From an uncultured Deinococcales bacterium (GTDB taxonomy: Bacteria > Deinococcota > Deinococci > Deinococcales > JAAFIG01), in contig CAXTTL010000009.1 in the NCBI GenBank assembly GCA_964247135.1, positions 2,162-46,330 on the forward strand: a stretch of 44,169 nt of DNA. The letters run 5' to 3'. Positions 24,869-35,395 of the stretch are shown one piece after another. The translations under genes were made by a program, and so were the position numbers. How positions within the stretch are numbered: position 1 is the stretch's first letter; every line of letters begins with the position of its first letter. The notes beneath the pieces are model-generated. The model did no database searches and had not been told where the DNA came from. It saw nothing but the letters and a program-made list of their open reading frames with translations.

Positions 24869-26377
24869 TTAGTTTCTTAACCCTTGAGCCAGGGCGTAAT
24901 ACAAATCGTTTTGCCTCAATTCGGTTTTCAGTTCACGCAAGCGGGTGTCGTCATCGATCACCACAAGTTCGATGCCTGCAATCTCGGCAAAATCTTCCAT
25001 GATTTCCGCCGTCACGCCGTAACTGAAACCTGTGTGGTGTGCGCCACCAGCGTAAATCCAGGCGGCACAGGCGGTTTTAAAATCGGGTTTGCATTCCCAG
25101 ACGGCTCGAGCCACGGGCAGTTTGGGGAGTTCTGGATGCGTGACGACTTCGACCTCGTTGACGATCAACCGAAAGCGGTTGCCCATGTCCACCAGGCTGG
25201 CGTTGATGGCATTTCCAGGGTGGGCGTTAAAAACAAGTCGTACAGGGTCTGCTTTGCCGCCAATGCCGAGCGGATGAATCTCGAGTTTTGGTTTGCTCTC
25301 CGCAATGGTCGGGCACACCTCGAGCATGTGTGAACCGAGCACTTGATGCCCGTCGGGGCTGAGGTGATAGGTGTAATCTTCCATGAAACTTGTGCCACCA
25401 GGCAAGCCTGCATCCATGACTTTCATGGCGCGAAGAAGTACCGAGGTTTTCCAGTCGCCCTCGCCGCCAAAGCCGTAACCGTCCGCCATGAGGCGTTGCA
25501 CCGCCAAACCAGGCAGTTGTTTTAAACCGTGCAGGTCTTCAAAACTCGTGGTGAAGCCTTTAAACCCACCCTCCTCGAGAAATGCCCTTAAACCCAATTC
25601 GATTCGAGCACCATCGCGCAGTTCCTCATGGCGAGTGCCATCAGATTTCAAACCTCGAGCGACCTCGTACAAGTGCTCGTATTCGGCGCACAAGGCATTC
25701 ACAGCCGCTTCGGAGACGGAATTGACCTTGTGTACCAGATCACCCACGCCGTAACCGTTCACAGCCGCCCCAAAGCGCATTTCAAACGCGACCTTATCGC
25801 CTTCGGTCACGGCAACATTGCGCATGTTGTCGCCAAAACGCGCAAATTTTGCGCCCTGCAAATCGTGCCAACCCCGCACGGCTCGAGTCCAGGCAGCGAG
25901 ACGATCTTGCACTTCGGGGTCCGCCCAGTGACCGACCACAACCTTGCGCCCGAGCCGCATCCTCGAGTGCAGGAAACCCGCCTCACGGTCGCCGTGGGCG
26001 GCTTGATTTAAATTCATAAAATCCATGTCAATCGTTTCCCACGGCAAATCGCGGTTGAACTGGGTGTGCAGATGGCAGAACGGTTTTTGCAAACTCGAGA
26101 GTCCTGCAATCCACATTTTGGACGGCGAGAAGGTGTGCATCCACAAAATCAAACCTGCACAATTTGCGTCTGAATTCGCCTCGAGCATCAACGCCCGAAT
26201 CTCGTCAGGAGTGGTGAGGAGCGCTTTAAAAATAATCTTGAGCGGAATGTTCTGGCTGTCATCAAGCCCAAGGGCAACGGCTCGAGCATTCTGAGCCACT
26301 TCTTTCAACGCCTCTTCGCCGTAAAGATGCTGCGAGCCGCAAACAAACCAAATTTCGGGGGTGGCAAGTTGAATCAT
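24869..26377 (-). CDS. araA: L-arabinose isomerase
   Basis: [76 protein letters not shown]. Confidence 0.97.
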   Translation of the reverse strand: MIQLATPEIWFVCGSQHLYGEEALKEVAQNARAVALGLDDSQNIPLKIIFKALLTTPDEIRALMLEANSDANCAGLILWMHTFSPSKMWIAGLSSLQKPFCHLHTQFNRDLPWETIDMDFMNLNQAAHGDREAGFLHSRMRLGRKVVVGHWADPEVQDRLAAWTRAVRGWHDLQGAKFARFGDNMRNVAVTEGDKVAFEMRFGAAVNGYGVGDLVHKVNSVSEAAVNALCAEYEHLYEVARGLKSDGTRHEELRDGARIELGLRAFLEEGGFKGFTTSFEDLHGLKQLPGLAVQRLMADGYGFGGEGDWKTSVLLRAMKVMDAGLPGGTSFMEDYTYHLSPDGHQVLGSHMLEVCPTIAESKPKLEIHPLGIGGKADPVRLVFNAHPGNAINASLVDMGNRFRLIVNEVEVVTHPELPKLPVARAVWECKPDFKTACAAWIYAGGAHHTGFSYGVTAEIMEDFAEIAGIELVVIDDDTRLRELKTELRQNDLYYALAQGLRN

Positions 26378-26387
26378 GATCTCCTCT

Positions 26388-27755
26388 TTATGTCCGCTCG
26401 AGTGGCGAGAAGTTTGCTGGCAACCAGGTTTGTTGGGCGGTTAAAAGCTCACTGACCATCACTCTGATTTGCTCGAGCGTCAGGGTTGCCGCCGTGAGCG
26501 GGTCGAGCATGATGGCGTGATACACGTGTTCGACATTGCCCGACAATATTGCTTCGACCGCGAGTTCTTGAACGTTGATGTTGGTACGGTTGACCGCAGC
26601 GCATTGCGCGGGTAATTTTCCAACCGCCGTCGGTTGCACGCCGTTGCCATCGACCAGACACGGCACCTCGACGCAGCAACCTTCGGGCAAATTCGGAATC
26701 AAATTGCGGTTTTCGACATTTCCAGAAACCACAATTGGCGTGTTGGTTTCAATGCTGTGAATGATTCTTGCGCCGTACTCGAGGGAAGGCTCGAGTTTGG
26801 TTTTGAGTTGCTCGAGCAAGTCGTAAATTCCGGCGTCGTTGTGCTGGGTGCAAATCTGGTAATAATCCCAACGGTTGGGAATAAAGTCGTTGACCATCTC
26901 GACGTTTTTGCGAAAGTACGGCAGGTACTCGCTGGCATGGTGGCTGGACTCGGTGTGAAAGTATCCGAACGCATCCATGACCTGCGTGCGGACGCGCTCT
27001 TGACCGCCCTCGTAATTGGAATCCTGATAACCGTGGCTGTGATCGCCAAAATCTTGCAACATTTTTGACGGTTTTGAAGCCGCCAAGTGCCGGTCTCGCA
27101 TGGTCTGACGAAGCCGTGGTTGAAGATCAACGCCGCCTTGCTTGAACTCGAGAAACCACGCCTGATGGTTGATGCCAGCCGCCACAAACCGCACCTCGTT
27201 GTAAGGTACGCCCATCTGCGCCGCGAGCATTTGCGAGGTGTTCTGAACGCTGTGACACAAGCCAATCGTGTCAATGCCAGAGCGTGCCAGCAGCCAGCAA
27301 TTCATCGCCATCGGGTTGGCGTAATTGAGAAGCAGCGCATTCGGGCAAAGTTGTTTCATATCAGCGGCAATCTCGAGGTACGCCGATGCAGACCGTAAAA
27401 ACCTAAACACGCCGCCAGGTCCAAGGGTGTCGCCTACGGCTTGGTCGATGCCGTACTTGCGCGGAATTTCGACATCGAGTTTGTAGGCTTCCAAGCCGCC
27501 GACTTGAAAGGTCACAATCACATAATCGGCGTTCTTCAAGGCTTCTTTGCGATCAAGCGTGCTCTCGACTCGAGTTGGAAAACCATGATGCGCGATCAGT
27601 TCTTGCACCGCTTTGGTCATGCGCTCGAGGTTGCCCGCGTGAATGTCCATCAGGGCAATGCTCGAATCACGCAATTCTGGGAACGCCAGAATATCCCCGA
27701 CCAGACGCAACGGAAAGACAAAACCACCAGCCCCAATGATTGCTATTTTCGCCAT
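26388..27755 (-). CDS. GH4 NAD-dependent glycoside hydrolase (alpha-galactosidase-like)
   Basis: [47 protein letters not shown]. Confidence 0.92.
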   Translation of the reverse strand: MAKIAIIGAGGFVFPLRLVGDILAFPELRDSSIALMDIHAGNLERMTKAVQELIAHHGFPTRVESTLDRKEALKNADYVIVTFQVGGLEAYKLDVEIPRKYGIDQAVGDTLGPGGVFRFLRSASAYLEIAADMKQLCPNALLLNYANPMAMNCWLLARSGIDTIGLCHSVQNTSQMLAAQMGVPYNEVRFVAAGINHQAWFLEFKQGGVDLQPRLRQTMRDRHLAASKPSKMLQDFGDHSHGYQDSNYEGGQERVRTQVMDAFGYFHTESSHHASEYLPYFRKNVEMVNDFIPNRWDYYQICTQHNDAGIYDLLEQLKTKLEPSLEYGARIIHSIETNTPIVVSGNVENRNLIPNLPEGCCVEVPCLVDGNGVQPTAVGKLPAQCAAVNRTNINVQELAVEAILSGNVEHVYHAIMLDPLTAATLTLEQIRVMVSELLTAQQTWLPANFSPLERT

Positions 27756-27781
27756 GAAAACTCCAAAAAAATGCTCGAGAT

Positions 27782-28432
27782 TTACTGCCCGTAAACGTTG
27801 GTGTAACGGTCGTACAATTTGTCAATGTCGGCTTGCGCAATGGGTTGAACGTCGCCCAGTTGCATTGCCAAGAACACGGTTCGCGCCACGTCCTCGCACA
27901 TGACCGCCGCTTTGATCGCACTTTTCGCGTTTTTACCAAGCGCAAACACGCCGTGGTTTTTTAAAATAATTGCGGGACTGCGGTGTCCAGTCAAGACCCG
28001 CACGACCTCACGCCCGATTTCCTCGCCGCCAATCAACGCAAAACCGCCGCACGGAATCGGACCGCCAAATTCGTCTGCCATCGCCGTCAAAACGCAGGGG
28101 ATTTCTCGAGCATTCGCCGCCCATGCTGTGGCATACGGGCTGTGCGTGTGAACAATCGCGCCGACCTCGGGCATGTGCCTGTAAATGTAGGCGTGGGTTG
28201 TAGTGTCGGATGATGGCTTCAAATTTCCCTCGATCACGTTCGCCTCGAGATCGGTCACGACCATGTTCTCAGGGCTTAACTCTTCAAACAACAAACCGCT
28301 GGGCTTGATGACCATCTGGCTCGAGTCAACATCCCGCGCACTTAAATTTCCACCCGTCCAAGTCACCAAATTGTTTTTGGGCAACTCGAGATGCCATTTT
28401 GCGACTTCGATTCGCAGTTGCTCGAGCATCAT
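27782..28432 (-). CDS. araD: L-ribulose-5-phosphate 4-epimerase
   Basis: LVTWTGGNLS, IKPSG, KPSSDT..H, VHTHS..ATAWA, NHGVF, HDRY-like YDRY.NVYGQ end. Confidence 0.93.
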   Translation of the reverse strand: MMLEQLRIEVAKWHLELPKNNLVTWTGGNLSARDVDSSQMVIKPSGLLFEELSPENMVVTDLEANVIEGNLKPSSDTTTHAYIYRHMPEVGAIVHTHSPYATAWAANAREIPCVLTAMADEFGGPIPCGGFALIGGEEIGREVVRVLTGHRSPAIILKNHGVFALGKNAKSAIKAAVMCEDVARTVFLAMQLGDVQPIAQADIDKLYDRYTNVYGQ

Positions 28433-28504
28433 GGGTTCTTTCTGGTGTTAGGTGACATTGGTTTCTCCTTGAAAATGTGAATCGGACTCGAGGCATGACA
28501 GGCA

Positions 28505-28528
28505 GGGCGCAGCAAGCAGCGCCCCTAC
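28505..28528 (-). repeat. GTAG-footed REP-like palindrome
   Basis: Minus strand GTAG GGGCGC TGCTTGCT GCGCCC immediately after the araB stop. Confidence 0.7.
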
Positions 28529-28530
28529 AG

Positions 28531-30189
28531 TTATTTTTTGGTTTGGTTGCGGATGGCTTTCAGGCGTTTCATGGCATCGTTCGCGCCGCGTCCAAAATAA
28601 TCGTGCAAGGTTTTATACTCGGCGTACAGGGCGTCATAAATTTTTGAATGCTCGAGGTTGGGTTTAAAGGCGCTTTTGATGGATTTGCCCATGACGTTGG
28701 CGGCGGCGTAAATGTCTGGATAGACACCAGCGGCAACGGCGGCATGAATCGCGCTGCCCAAAGCCGGACCTTGGCTCGAGGCTGCCACACTGAGTTCGCG
28801 TCCGGTGACATCGGCGTAAATTTGCAAGAGCATTTTATTTTTGATCAAGCCGCCCGCGATCACCAGTTCTTTGACTGGAACGCCAGAGGCTTCAAAGGCT
28901 TCGATGATCGTGCGCGTGCCGTAAGCGGTGCTTTCAATCAGGGCGCGATACATATCTGGCGCTCGAGTGGCAAGCGTCATGCCGATCATCATGCCGCTCA
29001 GTTCGGTGTCCACCAACACGCTGCGGTTGCCGTTCCACCAATCCAGGGCAATCAGACCGTGCTCGCCTGGGGCTTGCGTTTGGGCAAGGCTGGTCAGGTA
29101 GGCGTGAATGTCCATTCCTGCCTCTCGAGCTGCGTTGTGGTATTCGGGCGGGACGCCGTGTTTGACAAACCAACCAAAGATATCTCCGACGCCACTTTGC
29201 CCTGCCTCGTAACCGAACATGCCTGGGCTGACGCCGCCGTCCACCACGCCGCACATGCCTGGAACTTCGGCGAGGGTGGCGCCGTTCATGATGTGGCAAG
29301 TTGACGTTCCCATGATCAAAACCATCTGCCCTGGTTGCACGGCATTGGCGGCGGTCACGGCAACGTGCGCGTCAACGTTCGCCACCGCCACGGCGATGCC
29401 CTCTGAAAGCCCAGTCCAAGCCGCAGCCTGTGCAGTCAAACCGCCAACTCGAGCGCCCAAAGCGTCCAGTTTGTGTGAAAGTTTATCTTGGGCAAAATCG
29501 GCAAAATCAGGATTTAACGCGCCCAAAAATTCGCGGCTGGGATACTGCCCATCTTGAAAATTCGCTTTGTAACCGGCGGTGCAGGTGTTGCAAGTTTCCA
29601 CACCCGAAAGTTGCCAGATCACCCAATCGGCAGCCTCGAGAATGCGGTCTGCGGCGGCGTACATTTCTGGGGCTTCCTCGAGAATCTGTAAGGCTTTGGC
29701 AAGCATCCATTCGCTCGAGATTTTGCCGCCGTAACGCGGCATCCAAGTTTCATTTCGGGCGTGAGCCAGTGCATTAATGCGGTCTGCGTGGGGTTGCGCG
29801 GCGTGGTGCTTCCAGAGTTTGACGTAGGCATGAGGATTATTTTTGAATTCGGGCAGAAAGCACAATGGCGTGCCATCTTTTTTGATCGGCAGTACCGTGC
29901 AAGCCGTAAAATCAATCCCAATCCCAATCACGTCTCGAGCCTCAATGCCAGCATTTTGCACCGCTTCGGGAATCGTGTGTTTGAACACCTCGAGGTAATC
30001 CTGCGGGTCTTGCAACGCCCATTCTGGAGCAAGTGTTGCGCCGCTCGAGTACAGGGTTTCATCCATGACGCCGTGAGGATAGTCAAAAACCGCGCTCCCA
30101 AGTTCTGCGCCGTCACTGACCCGCACGACCACGGCACGCCCAGAAAGCGTGCCGAAATCGACCCCAATCGTATATTGTTCTTTTGACAT
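28531..30189 (-). CDS. araB: L-ribulokinase
   Basis: IGVDFGTLSGRA, DFTACT, KLWKHHAAQ, YGGKISSEW, VDAH, MGTSTCH, EAGQSGVGD, LDWWNGNRS. Confidence 0.96.
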   Translation of the reverse strand: MSKEQYTIGVDFGTLSGRAVVVRVSDGAELGSAVFDYPHGVMDETLYSSGATLAPEWALQDPQDYLEVFKHTIPEAVQNAGIEARDVIGIGIDFTACTVLPIKKDGTPLCFLPEFKNNPHAYVKLWKHHAAQPHADRINALAHARNETWMPRYGGKISSEWMLAKALQILEEAPEMYAAADRILEAADWVIWQLSGVETCNTCTAGYKANFQDGQYPSREFLGALNPDFADFAQDKLSHKLDALGARVGGLTAQAAAWTGLSEGIAVAVANVDAHVAVTAANAVQPGQMVLIMGTSTCHIMNGATLAEVPGMCGVVDGGVSPGMFGYEAGQSGVGDIFGWFVKHGVPPEYHNAAREAGMDIHAYLTSLAQTQAPGEHGLIALDWWNGNRSVLVDTELSGMMIGMTLATRAPDMYRALIESTAYGTRTIIEAFEASGVPVKELVIAGGLIKNKMLLQIYADVTGRELSVAASSQGPALGSAIHAAVAAGVYPDIYAAANVMGKSIKSAFKPNLEHSKIYDALYAEYKTLHDYFGRGANDAMKRLKAIRNQTKK

Positions 30190-30218
30190 GCATTCATCCT
30201 AACGGAAATGCTCGAGCC

Positions 30219-31712
30219 TCAATGCGCAACCGTGATGGTCGTGAATGACATCGGCGGCAGGCTGATGCTGATTTTCGCATCTTTGATGCTGATGCCCGAA
30301 AGCGCCTGAGCAACAACCGTGTTGGGATTTTCAAAACTGTTGGCGGCTTTGGGATCATTGCCCGAAACTTGCCACGCGCCAGTCACGGTTTTAACGGCTG
30401 TGCCTTGCCAAGAAATTTCAGTCTCGAGGGTTTCGGTTTGGCTGCGGTTGACCAGGAACGCCGCGCCGCTCGAGCTTGCCTCATCGAAGCTGGCGGAAAC
30501 GTCAAGCAGTGGCATCTCGCCGTAACGTTTGGTGTCGTGGCTTGGGACGTTCACCAGCGCATCGAGCGAAACCCCAGCCGCGTGACGGCTAAAAAGCTCG
30601 AGCGGGTAAAAAATACTTTGCTTGAACATGCCGTTTTTGTTGGTCATGATCGGCGCGATCACGTTGACAATTTGGGCGATGCAGGCAATTTTTAAAACGT
30701 CCGCTTTGCGCAAAAACACCGACAACCACTGCGCCACCACCAGCGCATCCTCGAGGTTATAGACTTCCTCGAGAATATGCGGCGCACTTTCCCATTTGCC
30801 GTCGCCGTCGGTGGCGCGGTACCAGACGTTCCATTCGTCCCAGGACAATTTGACATCGTGTTTGGAGCGTTTTAAAGCTTTGACGTAACGCAAGGTTGCC
30901 GCCAGGGTATCAAGCTGGCTTTCAAACTGGGCGCTCATGGACAGGAAACTGTCGGTGTCATCTGTTTTATTGTCGGCATAAAAGTGCAAGGATAAATAAT
31001 TCACGTCCTCCCAACACGTCTCGAGCGTCACCCGATCCCATTCTGGATAGGTCGGCATGAAGGTGCTCGAGGAACCGCACAAGATCAACTCGAGGTTTTG
31101 ATCCACGGTGCGCATCAGCTTGGCTGCCTCTTTGGCTTTTGCGCCGTACTCGAGGGCGCTGAGATGCCCGATCTGCCACGGACCATCCATCTCGTTGCCC
31201 AAACACCAGTAACGCACATTGTACGGGTCGCTCGAGCCATTTTTGGCGCGAAGGTCGGCGTAATGTGTACCCGTGCTCGAGTTGCAGTATTCGACCAGAT
31301 CGGCGGCTTCCTGAATGCCGCCCGTGCCAAGGTTGACCGCCATCATGGGCGCAGTGCCAACGTCGCGGCAGAATGCCATAAAATCGTCTGTGCCAAACTG
31401 ATTGGTTTCAATCGAACGCCACGCCAGCTCGCGCCGCGTTGGACGGTTTTCTTTTGCGCCAATGCCGTCGAGCCATTTGTAACCGCTGACAAAATTGCCG
31501 CCAGGGTAACGAATCGCCCTGAAATTCAGCGCTTTTAACGCCTCGAGTACGTCCGTGCGGAAACCTCGAGCGTCGGCTTTTGGCGAGCCTGGGTCGTAAA
31601 TGCCTTCGTAAATGCAGCGTCCCATGTGCTCGGCAAAACCGCTGAACAAGAGTGGCGAAATTTGACCAATCACGCGATTGGTGTCCAAAGAAACCTTGGC
31701 TTGGTGTGACAC
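30219..31712 (-). CDS. abfA: GH51 alpha-L-arabinofuranosidase
   Basis: FAEHMGRCIYEGIY, RYPGGNFVS, LAWRSIETNQFG, WCLGNEMDGPWQIG, DEWNVW, AQIVNVI; GTG 31712 with AGAGGAGG SD. Confidence 0.95.
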   Translation of the reverse strand: MSHQAKVSLDTNRVIGQISPLLFSGFAEHMGRCIYEGIYDPGSPKADARGFRTDVLEALKALNFRAIRYPGGNFVSGYKWLDGIGAKENRPTRRELAWRSIETNQFGTDDFMAFCRDVGTAPMMAVNLGTGGIQEAADLVEYCNSSTGTHYADLRAKNGSSDPYNVRYWCLGNEMDGPWQIGHLSALEYGAKAKEAAKLMRTVDQNLELILCGSSSTFMPTYPEWDRVTLETCWEDVNYLSLHFYADNKTDDTDSFLSMSAQFESQLDTLAATLRYVKALKRSKHDVKLSWDEWNVWYRATDGDGKWESAPHILEEVYNLEDALVVAQWLSVFLRKADVLKIACIAQIVNVIAPIMTNKNGMFKQSIFYPLELFSRHAAGVSLDALVNVPSHDTKRYGEMPLLDVSASFDEASSSGAAFLVNRSQTETLETEISWQGTAVKTVTGAWQVSGNDPKAANSFENPNTVVAQALSGISIKDAKISISLPPMSFTTITVAH

Positions 31713-31925
31713 TGAAAATCCTCCTCTAAAAACAATATGCGAAGATGTGGGTGAATGAACGGATGGTTGATGTGTAGAACCGATCAAAGTTGATCTGAAT
31801 TTGAAAATTGAAAAACGTTTTACACCTCGAGCATCATTTTGATTTGCTCAAGAAACTCAACAATGATTGCTTGTTCTGAGAATACGTGGTTTGAATTGTT
31901 GATTTCAAAATCGTTTGCTCGAGAT

Positions 31926-32756
31926 TTATTTCAATCCCACGGTTGCCATCACACCCTCGGTCACACGCCGTTGAAAGATCAAATAGGCGGCAACGGTTGG
32001 CAGGGCGGCAAGCACGGCGGTTGCCATTGTTTTGGCATATGCCACACCGTAAGCGCTTTGAACTTGGGTAATCCCCACGGGAATGGTCAGCATTGGCGTG
32101 GCGGACATGATCAAAAAGGGCCAGAAGAAATTGTTCCACGCCGAAATAAAAGTGATGATGGCGAGCGCCCTGGTGATGCCCCAATTGAGCGGCAAGTACA
32201 TGCCGAACAAGACCTGAAATTCACTCGCGCCATCAATTCTGGCGGCATCGCCGATCTCTCGAGGGACTTGATCAAAAAATTGTTTGTAAATCACGACCGC
32301 CACCGGCGCAGCCAGTTGCGGCAGCACCACGCCCGCATAAGAATTGACCAGTCCAAGGCGGTTCATGAACATGAACAGCGGAATGATGCTGGCTTGAAAG
32401 GGAATCATAAAACCTGCCAGCACAAACCAGAAAAAATATTTTTTGCCAGGAAACTCGAGTTGCGAAACCGCATACGCGCAGAGCATCGCCAGCAGCAGCA
32501 CGAAAAAGGTAATCAAGAGCGAGGTCACGGCGCTGTTCAGGTACCAGCGCAAAATTGGACTGTTGAGGAGCACATAACTGTACGCCGTAAAATCAAACGG
32601 TTGTGGAATCCAGGTCGGAACCGCCGCAATGGTTTGGGTTTCTTCTTTTAAGGACGTGACCAACATCCAGTACAACGGAAAAAACCAGACCAGCGCAAAA
32701 AGCAGGGTTAACAACGTTCCAGAAATGCCGAGCATGGCGGTCAGTCTTTGTTTCAC
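31926..32756 (-). CDS. Carbohydrate ABC transporter permease
   Basis: EAA-type loop EIGDAARIDGASEF, FISAWNNFFWP. Confidence 0.93.
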   Translation of the reverse strand: MKQRLTAMLGISGTLLTLLFALVWFFPLYWMLVTSLKEETQTIAAVPTWIPQPFDFTAYSYVLLNSPILRWYLNSAVTSLLITFFVLLLAMLCAYAVSQLEFPGKKYFFWFVLAGFMIPFQASIIPLFMFMNRLGLVNSYAGVVLPQLAAPVAVVIYKQFFDQVPREIGDAARIDGASEFQVLFGMYLPLNWGITRALAIITFISAWNNFFWPFLIMSATPMLTIPVGITQVQSAYGVAYAKTMATAVLAALPTVAAYLIFQRRVTEGVMATVGLK

Positions 32757-33655
32757 GTGGACCTCGAGCTGCCGAGCAATTTGTTTTGAATCAGTGAGGC
32801 GACCACGATCACCAGCAGCAAGACCACCGCTATCGCCGAGGCGTAACCGCCGTTTTGTTTTTGAAACGCCTCTTGGTAGAGTTGCAACAACAAGACTTTG
32901 GTCGTGTCGTATGGTCCGCCACCCGTCAACAGATAGACTTGATCGAAAATTTTAAACTGCGCGATCAATTGCAGCACCAGCACCAAACTGGTCACGGGCC
33001 AAACCGATGGCCAGGTGATGTACCTAAACATCTGCCCACCATCTGCACCGTCCAGCGCGGCGGCTTCATAGTATTCTTTGGGGATGTTTTGAAGTGCCGC
33101 GACAAACAAGAGCATGTTAAAACCGACCGTCCACCAAATCGTGATAAACGCCACGGCGGGCATGGCAAAGCTGGGGTCTTCAAACCAGGCGGTGGTGCCG
33201 TGAAAAACGGTGTTGAAAATCCCAAAGTTGGAATTGAGAATCCAGCGCCAAACACCTGTCACCACGCCAACGGGCAACATGTTTGGGATAAAAAAAGCCG
33301 CCATCACAAGATTGCTTAAACGTCTTAAACGCACGACCATCAGCGCAAAGACAAAGCCCAGCAAGGTGTTGGGAACAACGGTCAGCAAAATAAAATAAAC
33401 CGTGTGCCACAACGAACTCCAAAAGTTCGGATCGTTGATCAGCTTGACGTAATTTGCCCCACCAATAAAATTGCCAACACCCGCAATATCAGAATTGGTA
33501 AAACTCAGTTGAAAGACCCTGAACGTCGGGTAAATCAAGAAGATGATGTACACCAAAGCAAATGGCACAAGAAACAAACCCGCCACCAACCAGCGGCGCA
33601 ATGTGTGTGGATTACGCACCCCTCGAGAATTTAAAGTTGTGATTGATTGCGCCAT
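32753..33655 (-). CDS. Carbohydrate ABC transporter permease
   Basis: IWWTVGFNMLLFVAALQNIP.EYYEAAALDGA, FKIFDQVY.LT.GGP, GYASA. Confidence 0.93.
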   Translation of the reverse strand: MAQSITTLNSRGVRNPHTLRRWLVAGLFLVPFALVYIIFLIYPTFRVFQLSFTNSDIAGVGNFIGGANYVKLINDPNFWSSLWHTVYFILLTVVPNTLLGFVFALMVVRLRRLSNLVMAAFFIPNMLPVGVVTGVWRWILNSNFGIFNTVFHGTTAWFEDPSFAMPAVAFITIWWTVGFNMLLFVAALQNIPKEYYEAAALDGADGGQMFRYITWPSVWPVTSLVLVLQLIAQFKIFDQVYLLTGGGPYDTTKVLLLQLYQEAFQKQNGGYASAIAVVLLLVIVVASLIQNKLLGSSRST

Positions 33656-33708
33656 AAACCTCGAGTCCTTGGTGTTTGTTTATACAAGCTCTTTTTTCGC
33701 TCGAGTGT

Positions 33709-33751
33709 TCAGGTGAAAGGTCAAAGTCGTGCGCTTTTTCCTTTCACCTGA
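33709..33751. other. Intercistronic hairpin downstream of the SBP gene (mRNA stabiliser/attenuator)
   Basis: TCAGGTGAAAGG(33709-33720)...CCTTTCACCTGA(33740-33751), 12-bp perfect arms, 9 nt after the SBP stop. Confidence 0.7.
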
Positions 33752-33760
33752 TCTGAGGGG

Positions 33761-35071
33761 TTACTTCTTGTCGAAGCCAATCAATTCGCTTTGGAATTTG
33801 GCAAGGGCTTGGTCTGCCGTGACTTGACCCACCAGCGCTGGGGTCAGTGAATTACCGACCAGATCGTAGACGGGTCCACCGACACCAAAGTACGACAAGG
33901 TTGGCTCGAGCACCACATCTTTGGAGGCGGTTGGGCTGTAATCGGCGTTGGGTTGCAGGGTCTTGTAGGCTTCACTTTTCAGGGTGTCTTGGTTGGCTGG
34001 AATATGCCCGCCGCCCGCCCAGGTCACACCGCCTTTGGTTTCAACGTAGTTGATGAATTTCATGACGGCAGCGAATTTTTCGGCGCTCATGGGTTTTTTG
34101 CTGTTGTTTGGAATGGCGAGCATGTGCGAATCTGCCCAGGTTTTTTGGTTGTCAAACAACTTCGGGAATGCCATCACGCCGTAATCGAAGAGTTTGCCCT
34201 TGGCTTTGAGGTCAACCATGGTCGGGACTTCCCAGTTGCCGACGATCATGAATGCCGAACGTCCTGCGGTGAACAAACCAATCATCGATGGGTAATCGGA
34301 ATTCTTGGAAATCAAACCATCTTTGGTCCAGCCGATCATGGTGTCCAGGGCTTTCTTGCCACGGGTCGCCAAATCGTTGGTCGAGAGCTTGCCACCCTTC
34401 ACCAACGCCCCATTTTGTTGATTGAGTAGTGTGTAGAAAATCCTCCAGACATCGGCTGGGTCTTGGGCGCTCGAGGTGGCAATCGGTTGGACTCCCGCTT
34501 TTTCTTTGATGGTGCGCAAGGTGGCGGTGAAGTTGTCCACGCCGGTCAAACCCGTTGGTTTGCCGCTGGCATCAAGCACCCCTGCTTTTTTCAAAATGTC
34601 TTTGTTGTAGTACAGCACCAAGGTATGTGTGTCGAGCGGCACACCGTAAAGCTTGTTCTCGCCACCTTCGGATTTGGCATAACCCAATGAGGCTTTGACC
34701 AGTGAGGGTAAGAATTTGCTGACGGGTAAGCCTGCCGCCGCCAGTTCTTCGTTGGTGAATGGTCGCAAGTCTTTGCCTTTGATGCCCGCGCCCAAATGCG
34801 AAAGGTGATACGTCATGACGTCGGGGGTCTCGCCTGCCACGACCGAGGTATGAATTTTGGTGTAAAACGGTTCGCCCCAGGTCAGGGTCGAATTCTCGAT
34901 TTGAATGTCGGCTTGGCTTTTGTTGAAATCCGCCACGATTTGTTTCATGCGTACACCGTCACCGCCGCCAAAAAAGTCCCAGTACACGACCTTCACGGGT
35001 CCACTTTGGGCAAAAACGCCAGCGACGGTTGCGGCGGCAATGACTGTTCCTATGGCTACTTTAAAACGCAT
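33761..35071 (-). CDS. Oligosaccharide ABC transporter substrate-binding protein
   Basis: Signal peptide MRFKVAIG..VFAQ, WDFFGGGDG, LYGVPLDTH..LYYNKD, GNWE, WADSH; SD AGGAGG, ATG 35071. Confidence 0.92.
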   Translation of the reverse strand: MRFKVAIGTVIAAATVAGVFAQSGPVKVVYWDFFGGGDGVRMKQIVADFNKSQADIQIENSTLTWGEPFYTKIHTSVVAGETPDVMTYHLSHLGAGIKGKDLRPFTNEELAAAGLPVSKFLPSLVKASLGYAKSEGGENKLYGVPLDTHTLVLYYNKDILKKAGVLDASGKPTGLTGVDNFTATLRTIKEKAGVQPIATSSAQDPADVWRIFYTLLNQQNGALVKGGKLSTNDLATRGKKALDTMIGWTKDGLISKNSDYPSMIGLFTAGRSAFMIVGNWEVPTMVDLKAKGKLFDYGVMAFPKLFDNQKTWADSHMLAIPNNSKKPMSAEKFAAVMKFINYVETKGGVTWAGGGHIPANQDTLKSEAYKTLQPNADYSPTASKDVVLEPTLSYFGVGGPVYDLVGNSLTPALVGQVTADQALAKFQSELIGFDKK

Positions 35072-35189
35072 AAATTCCTCCTGAATTTGGTATCGCAATC
35101 TGACTGAATCGGAATCCCATTCTTTTGGCTCGAGTGACCTCCTTAAACGTTTGAACGCTTTGATCTTGGGTTTTGCTGAGAACCACTTT

Positions 35190-35395
35190 CAACCAATTGT
35201 AAATTCCTGGCAAGCTGCATGAGCCTCGAGTCAAAAGCAAAATGTTGTTTTGGAATTTATTGGGTTCTGACAAAGATTTTTCAACGCGATTGCAACTCGA
35301 GGCACATAAGCACAACGTGCAGATGTTTGAGCATCGCGGGCGGAAAAACTTTAAATTGGTTGACGCTTCTGTAATTTAGTGATACCAATTGGTTG
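35190..35395. promoter_or_regulatory. Three exact copies of CAACCAATT in the divergent promoter region (candidate GntR operators)
   Basis: CAACCAATT at 35190-35198 (+); AATTGGTTG at 35354-35362 and 35387-35395. Confidence 0.55.
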
